Positions 1 through 4,157 are shown, counted from the stretch's first letter. The stretch: DNA of 5,171 nucleotides from Candidatus Kariarchaeota archaeon (GCA_016839545.1 JAEOUB010000124.1:1-5171), one strand, 5' to 3'. A program made the numbers and translations. The notes: generated by a model from the letters alone, not told the origin.

Positions 1-71
1 GATCATGATGCAATCAATCAAAATGATTGTGTATTTGTTTCTTCAATTTGCCTTCAGATTGGTATATCATG

Positions 72-959
72 TTAGGCTAGTTCAGTCGCAATTCTATCTT
101 TTGCAAGCTGGCAGTAGCTCTTATCAATATCAACCATGATGTAATTACGAGAAGTCTGAATTGCTGCAATGGCTGTTGTTCCTGCTCCTGAAAACGGATC
201 TAGGACGACATCACCAGCAAATGAATACATCTCAATCAGGCGTTTTGGAAGTTCTACAGGAAATGGAGCAGGATGGCCTACCTTCTTGGCAGATGCTGTT
301 GGAAATGTCCAGATACTCTTGGTTGATTCGAGAAAATCATCTTTTGAGATGGTATCAGTTTTATTGTGTTTGGAGTTCTTCCTTGAAAATTCACCCTTTG
401 AGTAAATGAGAATATATTCATGAACATCTCGCAATGTTGGCGAAGATGCTGATTGCCATGATCCCCATGCAGTTGAGGTGCCAGCAGAAGCTGCTTTGTT
501 CCAGATTATCTCCCCTCGCATGAAAAAGCCAAGATCGATCATCATAGAATTGATATACGTACTGAGTGGAATGTATGGTTTTCTTCCGACATTTGCAACA
601 TTAATACAAACACGTCCACCTCTGATTAAGACACGATTTACCTCTTGCATGACCTCTTTGAGCATAGAAAGGTACTCACGAAGGGATAGATCGACATCAT
701 AGTCCTTGGAAACATTGTATGGGGGTGATGTAATTACCAGATGAACGCTATTATCTGGGATCTGTTTCAAATCCCTAGAATCAGCTTGAAGAACAGAATT
801 GACAAGAGAATGTGGTAGGGGCGTTTCTTGTATGTTTTTCTCCTCTCGAAAAGAGTACTCCTGATAGAGATTGGATTCATAGAATACACTGGAATCATGA
901 CGTTCGCGTTTAGAGGACCCAAATGATCTGGTAGAAGTTCCCTTTTTCATGGAAATCAA
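72..959 (-). CDS. DNA methyltransferase, N4/N6 family, beta-class; likely m4C-type; no cognate nuclease in the window
   Basis: 295-aa ORF. Motif IV is VITSPPY (SPPY encoded at 717-728, checked by reverse-complementing). It lies N-terminal to motif I, LDPFSGAGTT, near the C-terminus, and this order defines the beta group. S-P-P-Y/F is typical of N4-cytosine enzymes. The track start at 959 is TTG and overlaps the upstream stop (TTGA). The first ATG is at 950-948 and may be the real start. Confidence 0.85.
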   Translation of the reverse strand: MISMKKGTSTRSFGSSKRERHDSSVFYESNLYQEYSFREEKNIQETPLPHSLVNSVLQADSRDLKQIPDNSVHLVITSPPYNVSKDYDVDLSLREYLSMLKEVMQEVNRVLIRGGRVCINVANVGRKPYIPLSTYINSMMIDLGFFMRGEIIWNKAASAGTSTAWGSWQSASSPTLRDVHEYILIYSKGEFSRKNSKHNKTDTISKDDFLESTKSIWTFPTASAKKVGHPAPFPVELPKRLIEMYSFAGDVVLDPFSGAGTTAIAAIQTSRNYIMVDIDKSYCQLAKDRIATELA

Positions 960-1429
960 CGGTTAAATGCGAATTTACCTGTAAGTAGAGCTAATCCCAG
1001 CGTAAGTGTACCTATAGAACCGATATCACCAGCAGGTACCTGAACAACTTCATTACCCTTCTCGAGATCTTTCCTTCCCAATCCAGGATCATTTCCTCCG
1101 AAAACTGCGACCCACCTCTTTCCTTCAAGGGTGCTCACAAATTCAGAGTCTAGATTTTTCTTCCCATATGGAGGAGGGGCAACTACTATGATAGTTTCGG
1201 GTTGAAGAAGTTCGATTACATCGTCCAAGCTCCCCAGGGAGAAGAAATTGATACCATTTTGCATTGCCAATTTCTGGGCGGAAGGCAGACCCCTCTGTGC
1301 AGCACTTCCCTGGGCATGTGTGATCGCTAATGTCTTGAAACCCATTCCAGCAGCGATTTTAACAAACTCTGAGCAGCTGTTAGAAGATGCTACATTATGG
1401 AGTACTACAATTGGATACTCAACAGGCAT
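956..1429 (-). CDS. Conserved hypothetical protein, possible SPOUT (SpoU/TrmH-like alpha/beta-knot) RNA methyltransferase fold
   Basis: 157-aa ORF with an ATG start (1429-1427) and a TGA stop at 958-956, abutting or overlapping the methyltransferase start. The C-terminal segment VAVFGGNDPGLGRKDLEKGNEVVQVPAGDIGSIGTLTLGLALL resembles SPOUT motifs 2 and 3 (vfG.E..Gl ... v.IP ... SLN...A.ai.l). The coding call is solid. The family assignment is from memory of motif patterns only. Confidence 0.5.
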   Translation of the reverse strand: MPVEYPIVVLHNVASSNSCSEFVKIAAGMGFKTLAITHAQGSAAQRGLPSAQKLAMQNGINFFSLGSLDDVIELLQPETIIVVAPPPYGKKNLDSEFVSTLEGKRWVAVFGGNDPGLGRKDLEKGNEVVQVPAGDIGSIGTLTLGLALLTGKFAFNR

Positions 1430-1463
1430 ACACTCCCTACGGAATACCTGCTATAATTACCTT

Positions 1464-1940
1464 CTATAGTGTTCTATCACCAGCAATTTCCTGTGATCGC
1501 AGACGAGTAGAGGATATGGGCTCACCATCCACATATATCCAAGGGATAACAACTATATCGAGTATATTGAGGTCAGCTTCCTCTCTCATGGCATTGATGC
1601 GATGGGCTGAAGGTTCTGTTTCATACGAAACTACAATAACTTCAGCATTTGGATCATGAGGAGCAGGTCCCCAAGGATCCAGTAGTTCTCCAACTTCAAA
1701 TCTTACATCGAATTGAGAGAGGAAATCTGAGACACCAGTGGCTCTTTCCTTGTACGATTGAATGAGATGATTGTTGTCTTTTTTTGCAAAGAGGGTTTTG
1801 CCCAATTCATCTCCAACAATACCGACAAACACTTCATCGGCAATATTTGCGGCAGTTCTCAACAATGACCTGTGTGCGTCATGAAGTCGATCGAATGTCC
1901 CTCCCATCATTGCCTTTCGGTACACATGCACACTCATCAT
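1464..1940 (-). CDS. coaD: Phosphopantetheine adenylyltransferase, archaeal/eukaryotic type (cytidylyltransferase fold)
   Basis: 158-aa ORF. It carries the nucleotidyltransferase signature GGTFDRLHDAH (a T/HxGH-type motif) at the N-terminus and ISSTRLR near the C-terminus. Size is about 155-160 aa, as in archaeal PPATs. ATG-ATG start at 1940-1935 and TAG stop at 1466-1464. Confidence 0.8.
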   Translation of the reverse strand: MMSVHVYRKAMMGGTFDRLHDAHRSLLRTAANIADEVFVGIVGDELGKTLFAKKDNNHLIQSYKERATGVSDFLSQFDVRFEVGELLDPWGPAPHDPNAEVIVVSYETEPSAHRINAMREEADLNILDIVVIPWIYVDGEPISSTRLRSQEIAGDRTL

Positions 1941-1960
1941 AAAATGTACAGATTGTGACC

Positions 1961-1966
1961 TTATAA
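1961..1966 (-). promoter_or_regulatory. Candidate TATA box for the PPAT operon
   Basis: TTATAA is centred about 24 nt upstream of the ATG at 1940. This spacing would give a leaderless or near-leaderless mRNA. Motif and spacing only. Confidence 0.3.
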
Positions 1967-2056
1967 GAATCTTGTATCATCTTTATTTTGAAGAAAATGG
2001 AATACCACATTCTAGGAAAGCAGAAGCTTGGTGATGGAGTGTAATCTAAATCTAAG

Positions 2057-2064
2057 TTTAAATA
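2057..2064 (+). promoter_or_regulatory. Archaeal TATA box (TTTAAATA) for the 5S rRNA transcription unit
   Basis: Near-consensus TTTAWATA box preceded by an A-rich segment. The usual spacing of about 26 nt puts the start near G2086-G2088. That gives a leader of about 50 nt ahead of the 5S body. Confidence 0.55.
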
Positions 2065-2114
2065 AGTTGAATTTCAAGAGAGTTTGTGTCTCGCTCACGG
2101 GTGAGTCACAATTC

Positions 2115-2139
2115 ATAGGAGATCCTAAGCGGGAAAGTT
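2115..2139 (+). other. 5' (leader) strand of the BHB processing motif: outer helix 2115-2129, central 4 bp 2130-2133, bulge AAA 2134-2136, inner helix 2137-2139
   Basis: Pairs checked by hand. U2123-A2263, C2124-G2262, C2125-G2261, U2126-A2260, A2127-U2259, A2128-U2258, G2129-C2257. C2130-G2253, G2131-C2252, G2132-C2251, G2133-C2250. G2137-C2249, U2138-A2248, U2139-A2247. The outer stem extends with G2121-C2265, A2120-U2266, G2119-C2268, G2118-C2269, A2117-U2270, U2116-G2271 (wobble) and A2115-U2272. Confidence 0.7.
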
Positions 2140-2255
2140 AAGCCTTTCAGCGGCCGACATTACTATGGTGCGTGAGCCCATGGGAACTTCGGCACGTTGC
2201 ATATTATTGCGGCCATAGCGAGAGTGTGACACCGGGACACATACCGAACCCCGAT
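2136..2255 (+). rRNA. 5S: 5S rRNA, circularly permuted gene. 3' segment 2136-2201, 6-nt linker 2202-2207, 5' segment 2208-2255. 120 nt between the predicted BHB cleavage sites.
   Basis: Hallmark 5S strings are present but in swapped order. GCGGCCAUAGCG (normally the 5' end) lies at 2209-2220. Loop C ACACAUACCGAAC (2237-2249) is closed by CGGG/CCCG. GUUAAGCC...CAGCG lies at 2137-2152. Helix V is GCCGA(2153-2157)/UCGGC(2189-2193). Helix IV is AUGG/CCAU, capped by UGCGUGAGC (2169-2177). GGGAAC lies at 2182-2187. Every canonical helix forms once 2255 is joined to 2136. Confidence 0.8.
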
Positions 2256-2272
2256 ACTTAGGACCTGCCTGT
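2247..2272 (+). other. 3' (trailer) strand of the BHB processing motif: inner helix 2247-2249, central 4 bp 2250-2253, bulge AUA 2254-2256, outer helix 2257-2272
   Basis: Complement of the leader strand listed above. On both strands the 3-nt bulge lies 3' of the central 4-bp segment. This is the same arrangement as in archaeal pre-tRNA and pre-rRNA BHB substrates. Confidence 0.7.
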
Positions 2273-2283
2273 AAAAATTCTAA

Positions 2284-2306
2284 AGCGGTTTTTAACCGCT
2301 TTTTTT
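2284..2306 (+). terminator. Hairpin plus oligo-T terminator of the 5S unit
   Basis: A 7-bp stem AGCGGUU (2284-2290) / AACCGCU (2294-2300) with a UUU loop runs straight into a T7 tract (2300-2306). Oligo-T tracts are the established archaeal termination signal. Confidence 0.65.
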
Positions 2307-2333
2307 ATTTCGAACTTCTTCAAACGATTCAAG

Positions 2334-2340
2334 TTTAAAA
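2334..2340 (+). promoter_or_regulatory. Candidate TATA box (TTTAAAA) for the 2362 gene
   Basis: Centred 25 nt upstream of the ATG at 2362, with no Shine-Dalgarno-like purine run between them. This suggests a leaderless mRNA. Confidence 0.4.
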
Positions 2341-2361
2341 CCAAGGATTCCCTGTCGTACT

Positions 2362-2892
2362 ATGGTCAAAAAGATCCTGATGGGCAGTGTTGTTACCCAG
2401 ATACTTGATGACTTTGCACCTGAGATACCTGAGAATAAACGATATCAAGTAGAAAATGGTGTAAGTTTACGATTACAATCAACGCTTGGTGATAACTGGG
2501 CAGTGATGCCAGTTTCTGGACCTACCATGATCTTGCTTACATTGATCCTAAATTACATGCTTCTTCCCCTGGGTATTACTCCTGTTATGATAGCAGACAA
2601 AGTAATCACAAAGAGTAAAGAGATGGAGCTTGGAGAGAGATTTGCAGACCTTATTGAGTCCGCTAAAGTCACGGCAACCAATACTGGGGAATTCACTCAA
2701 GAGAAACTGAAAGACCTTCAGGACTATTTGGAAGAAAAAGGTGTGACTGAAAAGGTTAGAGAACTTGCTGATAGCTCGGTGGAGATGGGAAAACAAGCAC
2801 TTTCAACTGGAGTTTCAAAGGGAAAACGTATGTTTGACAGTGTGAAAACAAGGTTCCAAACAGAAGAAGAAAAAGACAATGAAACTACGTGA
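2362..2892 (+). CDS. Hypothetical protein with one hydrophobic segment and a charged, helical C-terminal half
   Basis: 176-aa ORF with an ATG start and a TGA stop at 2890-2892. It has a hydrophobic stretch TMILLTLILNYMLLPLGITPVMI, then a Lys/Glu-rich region (EKLKDLQDYLEEKGVTEKVRELADSSVEMGKQ...). I recognise no family. The antisense 82-aa ORF looks like low-complexity noise, so this strand is preferred. Confidence 0.6.
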   Translation: MVKKILMGSVVTQILDDFAPEIPENKRYQVENGVSLRLQSTLGDNWAVMPVSGPTMILLTLILNYMLLPLGITPVMIADKVITKSKEMELGERFADLIESAKVTATNTGEFTQEKLKDLQDYLEEKGVTEKVRELADSSVEMGKQALSTGVSKGKRMFDSVKTRFQTEEEKDNETT

Positions 2893-3115
2893 TTAAAAGA
2901 GTCAATGTCTGCCTTACACCATCTATAGACCTGATTGAATTGGTAACCAGTGTAGTGAGATCTTTTGTCTCCTCAACGGTAACAAGTGCAATTACATCAT
3001 AGGAACCCATAGTGACATGAGCCTCGAGAACTTGAGGAAGAGACAGAATTTGCTTTGATACCTCATCTTCTGTTCCCAAAACTACATTTACAAGGATATA
3101 TGCCTGAGTACCCAC
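2885..3115 (-). CDS. Stand-alone Lrp/AsnC ligand-binding (RAM) domain protein, about 76 aa
   Basis: The pattern AYILVNV...G.EDEV...L..LP.V.EAH.TMGSYDVIALV..E....L...V...IRSIDGV..T.T matches the AsnC_trans_reg/RAM domain (beta-alpha-beta-beta-alpha-beta, G-x-YD-hydrophobic core). No helix-turn-helix domain is present. GTG start at 3115-3113 and TAG stop at 2887-2885. Confidence 0.7.
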   Translation of the reverse strand: MGTQAYILVNVVLGTEDEVSKQILSLPQVLEAHVTMGSYDVIALVTVEETKDLTTLVTNSIRSIDGVRQTLTLLIT

Positions 3116-3194
3116 AAGCTTGAATTCGTTAGCGCCTTTAGAAATATTGCTTCTAGGGAGTAACGAGATGGAGCATTAGACAGTTCAAGTAGGT

Positions 3195-3722
3195 TTATTG
3201 TCTTTTTTCCAGTTCCTGAGATAAGAGATCACGTATTGATTCAAGGTGGAACGAATTAGAATTGACGTCGTCAGCAGGAAGAATGGACTGGCAGACTTGA
3301 CCCTCATGGACAATAACCTCAATTTGTTCTTCTGACATAATGTTTAGAGAAAATGGATAAAGTCTACAAGCAATAGGTTTGATTTCATGGATACTACACA
3401 TCTTCTCCTCAAGAAATGTGCAGGTACCATCGAACGGTTTCTTCTTCAGAATGTAGGCTTTTTGCTGTCGTCCGACATTGCTTGAGGGATTGAGAATCAC
3501 AGGTGAGCTGTCTCTGATTATCTGATCAAGTTCATATCCTGCCTTCACTATCCGGTCAATCTCAGGTTCTGTCACGGGAATGCTCAACCTAGAGCAACAG
3601 TCAACTCTGCTTGTACAGGTGAATTTCATCGGAAATGAAGTGTTAGGTGTCACGCTCCCGGTCAACAGGTTGATCTCACCTATGACTTGACCTGGCTGAA
3701 TGACAGGAAGCTCAACAGTCAC
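3195..3722 (-). CDS. YkgJ/UPF0153-type Cys-rich putative zinc/iron-chelating domain protein
   Basis: The C-terminal signature CTFLEEKMCSIHEIKPIACRLYPF fits the family pattern C.FL....C.IH...P..CR.YPF. The N-terminal motif is CTSRVDCC. The track start at 3722 is GTG. The first ATG (3629-3627, MKFTC...) would put the Cys motif at the N-terminus, as is common in this family, so the start is uncertain. Confidence 0.65.
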   Translation of the reverse strand: MTVELPVIQPGQVIGEINLLTGSVTPNTSFPMKFTCTSRVDCCSRLSIPVTEPEIDRIVKAGYELDQIIRDSSPVILNPSSNVGRQQKAYILKKKPFDGTCTFLEEKMCSIHEIKPIACRLYPFSLNIMSEEQIEVIVHEGQVCQSILPADDVNSNSFHLESIRDLLSQELEKRQ

Positions 3723-3821
3723 AATCGTGTAATTTACTGACTGATAGATAAGCGAACAGGTGTATTCAAGCCTGATTTTACAAGTAGCGTGGTATGAGTT
3801 ACCAACTGGTAAGAAGACCTC

Positions 3822-3828
3822 TTTAATT
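3822..3828 (+). promoter_or_regulatory. Candidate TATA box (TTTAATT) for the YciI-like gene
   Basis: Centred 24 nt upstream of the ATG at 3849, which suggests a leaderless mRNA. Motif and spacing only. Confidence 0.35.
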
Positions 3829-3848
3829 GTGAAGAGTGAATATCACAT

Positions 3849-4157
3849 ATGCCAGAATACTATGCCATTATCAAACCGTATCGAGACGATTTCATGACCA
3901 GGGAGGTCCCCGAAGAATCCGAGATTATGAGACTGCATTTTCAGTACCTCAAAACTTTGATGGACAAGGGAAAACTGATAATGGCAGGACCCACGCTAGT
4001 CCCGACCGATCCATTTGGGGTGTACATCCTTGAGACAGAAACTGAGTCAGAGGCAAGAGCATTAATGGATAATGATCCTGCCGTACTTGCAGGCATCCAG
4101 CAAATTCAGGATTTCAGGCCAATTAGAGTTTCACTGCTGAAATATCGGGATACCTGA
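3849..4157 (+). CDS. YciI-like (YCII-related domain) protein
   Basis: 102-aa ORF. Its layout is typical of the small YciI family: early aromatic/charged strand YYAIIKPY, then HFQYLKTLMDKGKLIMAGP, then FGVYILETETESEARALMDNDPAVLAGI. ATG start and TGA stop. Confidence 0.7.
   Translation: MPEYYAIIKPYRDDFMTREVPEESEIMRLHFQYLKTLMDKGKLIMAGPTLVPTDPFGVYILETETESEARALMDNDPAVLAGIQQIQDFRPIRVSLLKYRDT

Noticed and set aside
1-71. C/D-box sRNA-like elements at the window edge (ATGATGC on the plus strand; ATGATAT...CTGA...TGATTGA on the minus strand)
   Set aside because: The box sequences deviate from RUGAUGA/CUGA. The spacing is wrong for guide regions, with only 6 nt between the C-like and D'-like boxes. 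There is no terminal stem, and the region is cut by the window edge.
161-702. Plus-strand ORFs 161-409, 169-405 and 478-702
   Set aside because: All lie antisense inside the clearly motif-bearing methyltransferase gene. Their products are low-complexity with no recognisable motifs, so they are shadow ORFs.
1248-1659. Plus-strand ORFs 1248-1469 and 1387-1659
   Set aside because: They lie antisense to the SPOUT-like and PPAT genes and span their intergenic gap, and they carry no motifs. They are shadow ORFs.
2044-2055. Tandem hexamer ATCTAA x2 immediately upstream of the 5S TATA box
   Set aside because: Two copies of a 6-mer in A/T-rich promoter DNA are within chance expectation. It may contribute a BRE-like purine context, but I cannot support a repeat feature.
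1941-2056. Search for a tRNA or another small RNA between the PPAT start and the 5S promoter (for example GUGAUGG at about 2030-2036)
   Set aside because: I could draw no cloverleaf, and no D-box CUGA follows the C-like box. The region is A/T-rich and is better explained as divergent promoter DNA.
2130-2265. Alternative reading of the 5S-like region as two adjacent truncated 5S pseudogene fragments or a tandem-duplication remnant
   Set aside because: The two pieces are exactly complementary in content: together they make one complete 5S, with no missing or duplicated helix. They are joined by a 6-nt loop that closes helix I. The outer flanks form a precise 7-bp / 3-nt / 4-bp / 3-nt / 3-bp BHB that brackets 120 nt. 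Random decay of tandem copies would not produce this. Only RNA data can prove function.
2548-2796. Minus-strand 82-aa ORF inside the 2362-2892 gene
   Set aside because: It is Phe/Ser/Leu/Cys-rich with a junk-like composition, is shorter than the sense ORF, and has no promoter or start context.
3836-4033. Plus-strand 65-aa ORF overlapping the YciI-like gene in another frame
   Set aside because: The overlapping frame 3849-4157 has a recognisable YciI-family pattern and a better-spaced TATA box. The 65-aa product is Arg/Gly/His-rich and looks like noise.
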